DNA from: Bugula neritina
Taxonomy: Eukaryota; Animalia; Bryozoa
Reading direction: 5' to 3'
Length of the DNA: 64,000 bases
NCBI GenBank assembly: GCA_964035545.1
Contig: OZ037766.1
Coordinates: 31,858,773-31,922,772 of the forward strand
Under the pieces are notes generated by a model that saw only the letters and a program-made list of their open reading frames with translations, had not been told where the DNA came from and made no database searches. The translations under genes were made by a program, and so were the position numbers. Below are positions 53,701 through 64,000 of this stretch, piece after piece; the stretch's first letter is position 1, and the number at the start of each line of letters is the position of its first letter.

Positions 53701-56607
53701 AATAAGAAGGGAAACCCACTCTGAAGTAGATCTTGAACAGCTGGTTTACTAGATTCAGCATCCCCCATTTCTTTGAGTTCTCAGGTGCAGAGCGACTGAA
53801 AGGTAGCAACAGGTATCAGCATAGCAAATAATGTATCAGCATAACAAATAATGTATCAGCATAACAAATAATGTGTTAGCACAGCAAAGAATGTATCAGC
53901 ATTTGCAGTGTTAATGTTAAAGAAAATGGTATTCCTTGTTCAAGAACAAGCAAAACAAAGTGAGTTTCTACTTGAGCTAACAGACTAGCCCAAAATAAAA
54001 CCTGGCAGAATAATAAGTATACTATCAAAAGATCATTGCCCATGTTCAGCGCATTTACCTTTATTTTAGTGACTTACAATTCATAAGTTAATACAGATAG
54101 AATAATAGCTACCAGAAAAAATGAAATCAACTGAAAACTTCTGCTGTCAGCTGTATAGAAGCAGTTGATAGGGAAAAACTGATGTTTGTATGAAGTTGTA
54201 ATGTAGTTGAAATACTTATAACAACTTTTTGCAAAATTTCATCATAACATCTTCAGGATAAATTAACTACATTGACTTCTACATAGCAACAACATTGAGC
54301 TCTAGAGACCACAGCTATGAGTCATACTTATCGCTAGCACAGACTCTGAAGCAGCCCATAATGGAGTCTGCCGCTTTCTCCAACATCTCCCCCTTCTTAG
54401 CCGCATGCAACTTAGATGACTTCTGTGCCTCCGCCTACATTACCAGACTTTGTGTAGAGCTCATTGTTGTTACCAGACAGTAACAACAAAGAGCTCTACG
54501 CAATACTTTGACAATATTTCAGTAACAAAGTTTTGGCACTAAAACAGAAAATTTGACAATGTTTAAATACTTCTAGAGATACAATGGACAGAGTGTTAGA
54601 CAAGGAGTGTAGTGAGTATTTACATCAGTCGTTGCAAGGGGGTGCTGTGTTCTTTCCTCATTATAATATAATAATACACTTATGAGATGTCTAGTAAGAC
54701 GTATAATAATATAGTCTATACTTGAATATAAAGTACCGAAATAGCGAATAGCCTCAGGTCTATGCACAACACAAACATGATGGGCAGGGCCCAGTTCTCA
54801 TCCTTCATGGCTTGGAAGACTTTAGTGAAGGCAGTGATAGCAGCAGCTTGGCAAGCATAAGCCTCCACAAAGTCATTGTTGGCCACGGCCCAAATAGCCC
54901 TGGAAACAAACACAGAATATAGCTAAAGTTCGGGTTAGACTAAGGAGCCACCCTGACACAGCTCTCAACACTTTGTGGGGACTTTTCATTGCCGACCATA
55001 TTTTCAATAATGGCTGATAGGCTGAAACTTAAGTAAAGTCGGAATTGACTTGTGCTTCTGAAGAAATTCAATTTTATCTGTTAAATCCCGTGTGTTCTTA
55101 AATTTGAGAAGTTGGTCGCATATTCTTTAACAATTTTAAGTTGAGCAAATCCATATTCATTTTATTAGAAATAAGATTTTAGATTTATTTGCACAAAATA
55201 AGCAAACCTAAAATAATTCAGATTGACTTCAGTATTTTAAAGGTATTCTGCTACTTATCAATTACATATTTAACCAAGTAACTTTTCTTACACAAAATAC
55301 AATATAGAATCTAGAACCCAGTAAAAATATGAAAAGATGTCATTACAATGCCGTTAAAGTGAGCAAGTAATTTACTAAGGAAAATAGTATAAGACACACT
55401 GTTACAGCTAGACTATATACCCTTGAAGATGGTATGCATCTAATGATGGATTCCTATTTTGTCATCACATTAAGAAATACTTTTAACTTCATCTAAACAC
55501 CTTGATCAATGAAAAGTTGTTACACACGAAAACATGAAGATAAATGAAAACTTGAAAAAGTATCATACTTCATAAATGTTTCACACTACAAAATGTTACA
55601 TTACCACAGAGTGTTATGCGTTCAGACAACAGCAAACTTACCGAACATGTGCTGCAACAATCTCATCCCATGGTTGCTGTAGGATTTGCTCACACTTTTG
55701 TTCCGGAGTTTTAGTTTGTAGTCGAGGGTTGCTGATATGAGGGTGTTTAAAAGATAGGAGGGGCTATAATGCAATCAACATACAACTATAGAAATCGATA
55801 CTAATATTAACTCTCTTTTATAAATCATAGTGTATAGCATAGATCACAAATAAATTAGTTTTATCTTAAGAAGATCATTAGTTAACAAGTAAACTGCAAG
55901 AGGAAATGACTACATGAATGTTGTTGAGCTTAGACTTGTAAAGATTGAATTAGATTAACTACAAATCATAAACTCAATATCCGAGTCTAATCCACACAAG
56001 ATATATACTATTAATTACTGAACTATAGAAGCTGCATGCTATCTATTATAAAAGTTGCATGTTATCTATTACTAACCTATAACTATTGCATGCTATCTAG
56101 TATCTACTACCAATCTATAAACTCTGTATGCTATCTATTACTAACCTATAGATACTCTGTATGCTATCTATTACTAACCTATAGATACTCTGTATGCTAT
56201 CTATTACTAACCTATAGATACTCACCCCTACTAAGAATCCATCTTGTTCATCTATGCTTTCTCTAATCTAAATAAATCAACAGTTATACTATTAAACTTG
56301 TATTTGACTTCCTTTAAACGGAAATGAAATTAAATTTGATTAAAATATATTCAATATCACTATCAGTAAGCAAAAGCACCTGCAATATGAAATATGTTGA
56401 CATTTGAGCGCTGGCAATTATTTAAATATTTATATTGTAATCATATATTCAATATTTGAACTTTTCATTATCATTTTACATTATATTTTAGTTGGTATTC
56501 TTATTATTGTATATTTATTTTGATTAAGTAAGTATAATTCAGCATTTAATTTTATGTCTTTGGCTACTAACCTGAGCAAGATATGAGTTGAAAGTCAAGT
56601 GAGCCAT
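50771..56607 (-). CDS. PCID2: PCI domain-containing protein 2 (TREX-2 subunit, Thp1/CSN12-like), 400 aa, 11 exons (56607-56572, 56267-56226, 55763-55642, 54899-54737, 54434-54328, 53795-53720, 53458-53364, 52536-52389, 52049-51850, 51387-51264, 50860-50771)
   Basis: Complete open spliced frame: [104 protein letters not shown], all recognisable PCID2 segments. Confidence 0.96.
52527..53300 (-). repeat. 19-bp tandem array (about 41 copies, 7 of them a 15-bp variant) made of the PCID2 intron 7/exon 8 acceptor junction
   Basis: Sense-strand unit cttgtag|gtattatgttat; the last copy runs into exon 8 (gtattatgttggaagg). Confidence 0.95.
56036..56225 (-). repeat. 33-bp repeat starting at the PCID2 intron 2 donor (other splice-adjacent repeats: 29-bp at about 51400-51500, 20-bp at about 53812-53900)
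   Basis: Sense-strand unit gagtatctataggttagtaatagatagcataca begins within the donor gtgagt. Confidence 0.85.
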
Positions 56608-56609
56608 TT

Positions 56610-57250
56610 TCGATGACAATAGTACTAGTTATAGTACTAATTTATTTACTAATTTAGTAATTAGTATTTATAATGACATTGACTGCAACTTTAGTGTAAT
56701 CAGTAATGACTAAGTCTAATGAGTAACACTAACTGTAATGAACAAGTGATTTGCCTTGCCTATTAGTATTACTATTAGTATTAGTATTGGTATTACTATT
56801 AGTATCACTATTACTATTAGTATTAGTATTACTATTACTATTAGTATTAGCCTAGGGTCGAAATGGGTTATTATTAAAACTATTTATATAATTATATTAC
56901 ACAAAATTCAGATTGTAGTAAACCTTCAAAATAATATCGCTAAAAATGTATCTAAAAAATAACTACCAGCATAAACAACTGCAATCCTAATGCCCAGGCT
57001 AAAACCTGAGAGATTTAGACTTTAGATTTTGGATTTTACAGAAAATCTAAGTTCTAAAATCTAATACAAAAGATTCGAGAAAGTTGACAGTGTTGGAACA
57101 AGAAAGTCTAGTACTGTATTAAGATTTAAATCCCGAGTGCCGTTTATAATTTTTGAACGACCATAAAACGCCTGCATGTAGATTAAACGGTTTGACTTTA
57201 GAGTTTTCCTAGACTCGGATTACGGTTGAGAAGTTTTATTTACGGGATTG
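56610..57250. promoter_or_regulatory. Probable bidirectional promoter between PCID2 (-) and kinase B (+)
   Basis: The PCID2 ATG is at 56607. A CpG-richer segment ends in a plus-strand donor (gggatt|gtaagt, 57250), probably a 5' UTR exon of kinase B. Confidence 0.4.
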
Positions 57251-58876
57251 TAAGTACCGCGCTTCTTTACCATATACATTTATTTCGAACATATTCTTTT
57301 TTCCGCAAGCTTATTGTGGAACTTGGCTAGGAAGTTTCATAAAATTGCACCCAGTTGCTACTACTACGGTTTTAAACTTGGATGTACTCACTTCAGTCTT
57401 CACTGAAATAAAGTATTGTGATAGTGCAGTGCCAACTATTTTACAATAAGAATTTGGTGATGGTAATATGAGTACTAATACGTCAAAATTATTAATGGTG
57501 TCACACTTACTAGTTTAGTAATTTACTTAAAATTAAAATAACTTGACTTTTAGTTTTAACTTTTAAGCTACTGCTAGTGACTGTGAGTGCTAGACCTCGA
57601 TTTTTACTTTTTAGTTTACGGTGTACTACTACTACTAGTACTACACTCTACAGTACTAGTACTGCTACTAGTACTGCTACTAGTACTACTAGTACTACTA
57701 CTACTACTGCTACTACTTATAGTTATACTTGTACTTCTACTTGTAGGCTAGTACTATTACTACTGTCTACTAGTGCTACTCAACTACTAGTTATATAACA
57801 AATTGGAATTTATAGCCTTGCCTTTTTAGTTTTACTTCGTGTTTGTTTGCATGTTTAATTTTATAATTATATTACAATGTCATTGTGATTGGTAATTACT
57901 GATTAGTAATTAGTTTTGATAATGTATTAAATTTATTATTATATTAATTTATATTGTCTTTGGATTATTTCTTACCTGTTGATGTTACTGCTACACTTAG
58001 TCTTACTCTTAGTGTTAGTATTGGTGCTAGTCTTACTCGCTGGCTTCCTTTTCGTTTTAGTCTTGCAATTACCATTACTATTAAAGTTAGTACTTTGTAG
58101 TTATCATTTTGATATTCAACATAGACATATGTCTATTATTAATAATTACGATTATTATTTTGACTAATCATATTATTATTTGTTTAATATGAGTATGAAA
58201 TTTAATATGATTCTTAGCTATGAAAATGAAGTTCATTCACTATCACTATGATTATGTCAAGTATGCTCAATAACTTGTTTGTCATGTTTATCAGTATCAT
58301 TAAATTTATTATAAATTAAATATCGTACTAATAGCAACAGCAATACTGTTACTACTGCTTATACTAATTGATAAATTGTAGTTCCTGTTTATAATTATTG
58401 TAGTAATAAATATCTTTGTCTTGAAAAGTCTAAAATTGTCACTAAAAGTTACCTAATCTCGAGTTCCTTTTTATAATGATTTTTCAGTTACAAATTTGCT
58501 TTATTTTGGACGTTACTTTTTGCATTGAGCTTAAGCACTATCATACCCATGCTGAATTTGATCTAGGCTGAGTGGTTGAATATTCACAACCACTGTGCCC
58601 ATTTGGATATAGTTTCTACGCATATTTTACGCCACTTGTTATTTATTTAGTACTGAATTTTAGTACTAACAGAAAGATACACTTTGTGGGCTGTAAAGTG
58701 AAAGCGTTTTGGGAAATGTTGTAAAAATGCTAATGTTTTTATCCTAGTGGTTTGTGCGCTCCTTGACCATTTTTTGCCTTAGTAATTTAACAACTGTTTT
58801 GTTCTTTTTAAAGTGAAACCAATGTTTTGTATTGCAGATTTCTCATGTTTATGGAGTCTAAGACTAGAATTATAAC

Positions 58877-61800
58877 ATGAGTATTAAAGTAAGTTAGTTA
58901 GTGAGTCGCTATGATTTTTAACATATAGAAATATAAATTTTCAACTCTCTAACCGCTTTGAAATATTAATTCAATCGAAATATTATCATATAAGCACATT
59001 CACTACTTGTTTGAACATCTCAAGTATGTATGTATGTTCTATAATCGTTTGCAATAGTTCCTAACATGATTCTACTGAGCTTCTTCAACAGTAACTGCGG
59101 TTAACTTGTATTATGTTATCATTAAAATTGTGACAATAAATGTTATTCAATAAGTTAATTAGTACAATTAGCATAGAACTGAAAGAGAAGTTATATCTAA
59201 TTTAGAAAAGGCGGGGTGATACGAAGTGTGCTGGTCTTTCGTCGGATAAATGGGATGAGCTGTCTGAAAGGCTCCGTCACACTATTATTGTGGCTCAGGA
59301 TGTAAGTGTTGTGTAACCGTGGTAACCGTAGTTGTTTGTAGATGCTTCACTTTCTGTGTGTTTCATGTAATCTTAGCATAATATACTAGAATATAATATA
59401 ATGTAATACAATAATGTAATACCATATTATTATAATATCCGATGAAGTACATTATAACATTTCCCTTGCATAAAACATAGTAGAATGAAGTACATTAGAA
59501 TAGAGCACAGTATAATTGAATATAGTACATGTAAATGTAGTATAGTACAAATATAGTATAGTATAATATAATACAATATAATAGAATTTAAATGTTTTTC
59601 ACACTGTTAGCATTTGGTAGGTCGGCCACTTCTCATAATAGCAGTTTCTACTTGCAGTATTTGATACAAGTTTGCAAGTATTTCTGGTATGTGAACATGT
59701 ATGATGGGTTTATATTGCCATAGCTACCAGGACTTGAGTAGTTATAGCCAGCTTACAGACTTTTGTTGTATATTTCAAGTTCCTGTTAGTTTTATCAGCA
59801 GTGAGCTCTGCCACTGTAAGAGCCACATGCCAAGTTTTGTATAGAGCAGCTACAACATGCATATGCAGGCATTATTGCTCTACTAGGAACAGGAAATAAA
59901 CTTACATCTACTGTCTTGGTTGGAGATTTATGACTCCTGTTTCTTGTTTGCTCCAGTTATTTCAGCTTTTACTTCCTCCTTTCTGTGAAGCTAGTCATAA
60001 CTGTAGCTCTGTGTATAGCTCATAGGCACACAGACATCTCTTTCCATGAGAATAAGAAACATGTAATTTAAACTTGGAAATCAAATTAGACCACTTGCTT
60101 TTCAGTAAAATGTGATGCCAGTTTTCAAATATCATTAATAACAAAATCGCCAGACATTTCTCATCCAGCTATCTGGTAATAAAATTTCTATTTTGTCTGG
60201 AGTTATTATCTCACCTTGTTACTGTCTCCTTACTGAGTTGTTACTAACTCGCTGTGTTTGGTGTGTGCAGAGTGCCAACAGCAATGTGGAATACTTCATC
60301 ATGCCCGGTGAACAACTGTTCCACTCATCACCTCAAGGTTATGACTCCAGTGAGCCTGTAGGAGTGCCAGCCTCTTCTGACAACATTGCTAAGGTACTCC
60401 ACTGTTTACTAGTATAGTAATACATGTGACAACATTGCTAAGGTACCCTCACTGTTTACTTGTATAGTAATACATGTGACAACATTGCTAAGGTACCCTC
60501 ACTGTTTACTTGTATAGTAATACATGTGACAACATTGCTAAGGTACCCTCACTGTTTACTTCTGGTAGTAAAGCAATACTTCTGGTTGTTGAAAGCTGCT
60601 ATAATGCAAGGTGCACTGCTACGGTGTAACATAATTAGTATACCTGCTTTCAGGTAGAGTGTGATGGTTGGTAGTCAAATCATAATGCTAAATGGGCAGT
60701 CAAAGAAAATAGTCAACTGAAATGTAATAACGAGACTGGTGTCATGTTTATCAGTGTTACATGGGTTATTTTACTTATTTAGTACACACTTGAAATCTTC
60801 AGTTTTTAGCTATTTTTTACAATTTAGCTGCTAATGTATATGGGATTTTGTCAAAGCTAATAAAATATCAATAAATACAACTAAGTAATCAAGGTTCTAT
60901 TTAATTTTGCTTAATTTTCCATGTTTTTCCTAAAAAACCGTGATGGTCCGAAAACTCAAATTAACTAACTAGATAGGAACTGAAGATTTCGAGTGTGTAC
61001 TAAATTAAGTAAAATGACCCTCGTGTGTATATTTGTTCTGCTCTAAAATATTTTAGAATCATGAGCTACTCATGGCAAAAGCAGCACTAAATGCACGTGT
61101 TTTCAGTTTTGAAAATGAATTAATTGAATTTCTCATTTCTTTAAAGTACAGTAGCAAAGCTCATTTTACATGGTTGTATTATAGTTTTAAAATTTTAAAG
61201 GTGGCATATTATTAATGGCTCATATAAATATATTCAAATTAGTTTGCAGTTGATCTAACTTATTAAAGTCAAAGGACTCTTATATCATTTACTTATTTAG
61301 TGTCAACTTCTTTATATAATATATAATAAGTTGCTTATATATTCACATTTTAGTCCAAGACTAAAGAAACATATCATTTGATTGTCCATAAAAAGAAAGG
61401 TGGAGGAGGGTTTGGAGTTGTCTATCAAGCTGGTATGACAACTCCAGGTGGACAACATTCCATTGATATTTGTTTGAAACAGGCAAGTGAATTATTAACT
61501 TCAAGTTATCATATAAATAAATAGTTTGCTAAACTAATAATATAGGGTAGGGTGTGGCATTGCGTATTAAGAAAGTTGATTAGAATTTTATGCTGCAAGT
61601 AATCGTAGTAGGCTCTGCCTGCAACTAGTTGCTATAGGATATGTATTAGTCATTTAATACTGTCATAATTTTCAATTTAAATTTGATTTAAAATGAAAAG
61701 AATGGAAAAGCAACATGAGATAGTAAGTTTCCTGTAATATACCTTTAAGAAGTTGTCTCCCACAATCTGGACAGGCATTGAAACTCCACTTTCTTATCTT

Positions 61801-64000
61801 CTCAGGCAAGAGATCAGTCTATAGAAACTTTGATCAAAGAGAATGAAATCTTCAGTTACCTCAACAACTATCCACATGACAACATAATCAAAAGGTTGTT
61901 CTTGTGTCAGACTCCTCAGGACATGATGCTAGGACTGGAATACTTTGACGGTAAGCGAGTGCTGACATGACAGCAGGTACCTGTTCATGTGATGTCTCTG
62001 TATAGCGTCTCTTTGTTCATGTCACATCCGTCTGCTTGTGAAGACGTTACGTCTGCTGTGTGTAGGTCTCACCCTCGCTGACCACATCACGCTGACTAGG
62101 TACTATAGGCAGCGTAGGCCTACGTACTCCTTGCATCCTGCACACATTGTTACTGTGCTGAAACAGCAAACAGAGGCAATTCAACATCTTCAGATATGTA
62201 ATGTCTTTCACTGTGATTTCAAGCCTGAGAATGTTCTATATAACGAGTAAGTACAGTAGTGTAAGTACAGTAGTGTAAGTACAGTAGTTAGTAGAGTAAG
62301 TATAGTAGTATAAGTATAGTAGTGTACGTACAGTAGTTAGTAGAGTAAGTACAGTAGATGGTAGAGTAAGTACAGTAGTGTAAGTATAGTAGTTAGTAGA
62401 GTAAGTACAGTAGTTAGTAGAGTAAGTATAGTAGATAGTAGTGTAAGTACAGTAGTGTAAGTACAGTAGTTAGTAGTGTAAGTACAATAGTGTAAGTATA
62501 GTAGATAGTAGAGTAAGTACAGTAGTGTAAGTACAGTAGTTAGTAGAGTAAGTACAGTAGTGTAAGTACAGTAGATAGTAGAGTAAGTACAGTAGAGTAA
62601 GTACGGTAGTGTAAGTACAGTAGTGTAAGTACAGTAGTTAGTAGAGTAAGTACAGTAGTTAGTAGAGTAAGTACAGTAGTTAGTAGAGTAAGTACAGTAG
62701 TTAGTAGTGTAAGTACAGTAGTTAGTAGAGTAAGTACAGTAGAGTAAGTACAGTAGTTAGTAGAGTAAGTACAGCAAGTAATCTACCTAACATGTATGAT
62801 GGTGTTGTTGTTAGCAAACGGCGCCAGTCAAAGTTGATAGACTTTGGAATGGCTGTCTTTGGAAATCGAGCAAATGAGATATTCAAAAGTCAGGGAGGCA
62901 CCACAGAGTTTATGGCACCTGAGGTAAGTGTACACACCTGAGATAAGTGAATACACCTGAGATAAGTGAATACACCTGAGACAAGTGAATACACCTGAAG
63001 TAAGTGTACACACCTGAGACAAGTGAATACACCTGAGGTGAGTGAACACATCTGAGGTAGGTGAATACACCTGAGGTAAGTATATACACCTGAGGTAGGT
63101 GAATACACCTGAGATAAGTGTACACACCTGAGGTAAGTAGATACACCTGAGGTAAGTAGATACACCTGAGGTAAGTGAATACAGAATCTGTTGCACTTCC
63201 CTATATCACATTGCGAACAAATAGAATTCTTTGGGTTATACAGAATTTTGAAGTAGAGTTGTTAGTATTCTAGAATCTAGAATTTGTTTTTAGACTTTAT
63301 TGGACGGGGAGTTGATGGTGGGCACCGACTTGTTTGGTCTCGGTGCGGCATTACATCACGTGATGACACTGGAGCTACCGTGGCATTCTCTGGAAAATAT
63401 CCAGGCATTGAATGCTGAGGTGTTGGACGCCAACAGCCCAAATATTGCCAATCTTAAAGCTCAGCGAAGGTCTAAAAGAAGGCACTTCATAAAAGCGGAA
63501 GTAATACAATATATAGCGCAAATATTTTTGTGAATAGTAGTTCCCAGCAGCATAATTATAGATAACTTTATGTTAGGCATTGACATTGACCTTGACATGG
63601 GGCGTTAGCTCTGCACTTTTTTCGTGGCTGCATTACCTCTTCAAACTTGCAAATATTTGTTTTCTTAATTGTCTTTTGAAACTTTCTCGTTTATACCCTT
63701 TTCTAATATTTAGATCTCGAGATATCGAAGGTCACTTCCCCCGGAGGAAGAGGAAATAGAGGACATCGAGAATGATGAGCCGCGATTCCTCGTCATACAG
63801 GAAGAGCTCATGTGTATTGAAAGCTACGAGTTTCCTCTGAAAGACATTATATGCAAGATGTTACGACACAATCCCAGACTTAGACCTGATTGCGAGGACA
63901 TACTGAAGTACATTGAGGATAACTATACAGGGGCCCCCGCTATTGAGCACCAGATCAGCGAGATGTCCATGAGTTCTCAGTCTTCTAGAGGGACATTGGC
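58877..64000 (+). CDS. Divergent protein kinase B (non-RD, paralog of kinase A), 3'-incomplete; exons 58877-58888, 59206-59301, 60271-60393, 61354-61482, 61806-61950, 62066-62246, 62815-62923, 63294-63500, 63714-end of window
   Basis: GGGGFGVVY, ICLK, KENEI, HDNIIK, LEYFDG, HCDFKPENVL, KLIDFGMA, GTTEFMAPE, DLFGLG, KMLRHNPRLRP. Intron positions match kinase A. The start exon is tentative. Confidence 0.88.
60378..60560 (+). repeat. 50-bp repeat (4 copies) spanning the kinase B exon 3 end and donor
   Basis: Unit tgacaacattgctaag|gtaccctcactgtttacttgtatagtaatacatg; the first copy contains the real junction. Confidence 0.93.
60760..61023. mobile_element. MITE, about 264 bp, with imperfect TIRs of about 50 bp (Tc1/mariner-like)
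   Basis: The left end gggttattttacttatttagtacacacttgaaatcttcagtt is the reverse complement of the right end aactgaagatttcgagtgtgtactaaattaagtaaaatgaccc. The right terminus CCCTCG and a left TA resemble mariner TA|CGAGGG ends. Confidence 0.7.
62245..62775 (+). repeat. 14/21-bp tandem array built from the kinase B donor (GTAAGT, roughly 28 copies)
   Basis: Units gagtaagtacagtagttagta and gtgtaagtacagta begin at the exon end (aacga|gtaagtacag) and fill almost the whole 568 bp intron. Confidence 0.93.
62916..63183 (+). repeat. 19-bp tandem array (true junction plus 13 copies) built from the kinase B APE-exon donor junction
   Basis: Unit cacctgag|gtaagtgaata. Confidence 0.95.

Noticed and set aside
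62828-63196. Three overlapping minus-strand ORFs with repeated LRCIHLSQV peptides
   Set aside because: These are the antisense translation of the 19-bp donor-derived array.

Overview
AT-rich eukaryotic DNA with spliceosomal introns, invertebrate-animal-like; the species cannot be named from sequence alone. Positions 1-26.4 kb are a tandem array of 5.4-9.3 kb units, entered from upstream of the window. Each unit carries one intact 3-exon secreted C-type lectin gene. The four paralogs alternate EPN/QPD/EPN/QPD sugar-specificity motifs and are patchwork recombinants. Unit 2 alone carries a 5'-truncated CR1/L2-type LINE, a fold-back Penelope-like GIY-YIG fragment and a TTAA-flanked Kolobok-like MITE. 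Positions 27.7-64 kb hold four spliced genes that I reconstructed by hand: divergent protein kinase A (-), an SH3D19-like triple-SH3 adaptor (+), PCID2 (-) and kinase B (+), a paralog of kinase A that runs off the window. The most unusual structural signal is that at least five introns in three genes contain tandem repeats whose unit is the splice junction itself. One PCID2 intron holds about 41 copies of its own acceptor, and kinase B has donor arrays, including one in which the copies nearest the true site have lost their GT. Exon coordinates are manual and unverified by transcript data.
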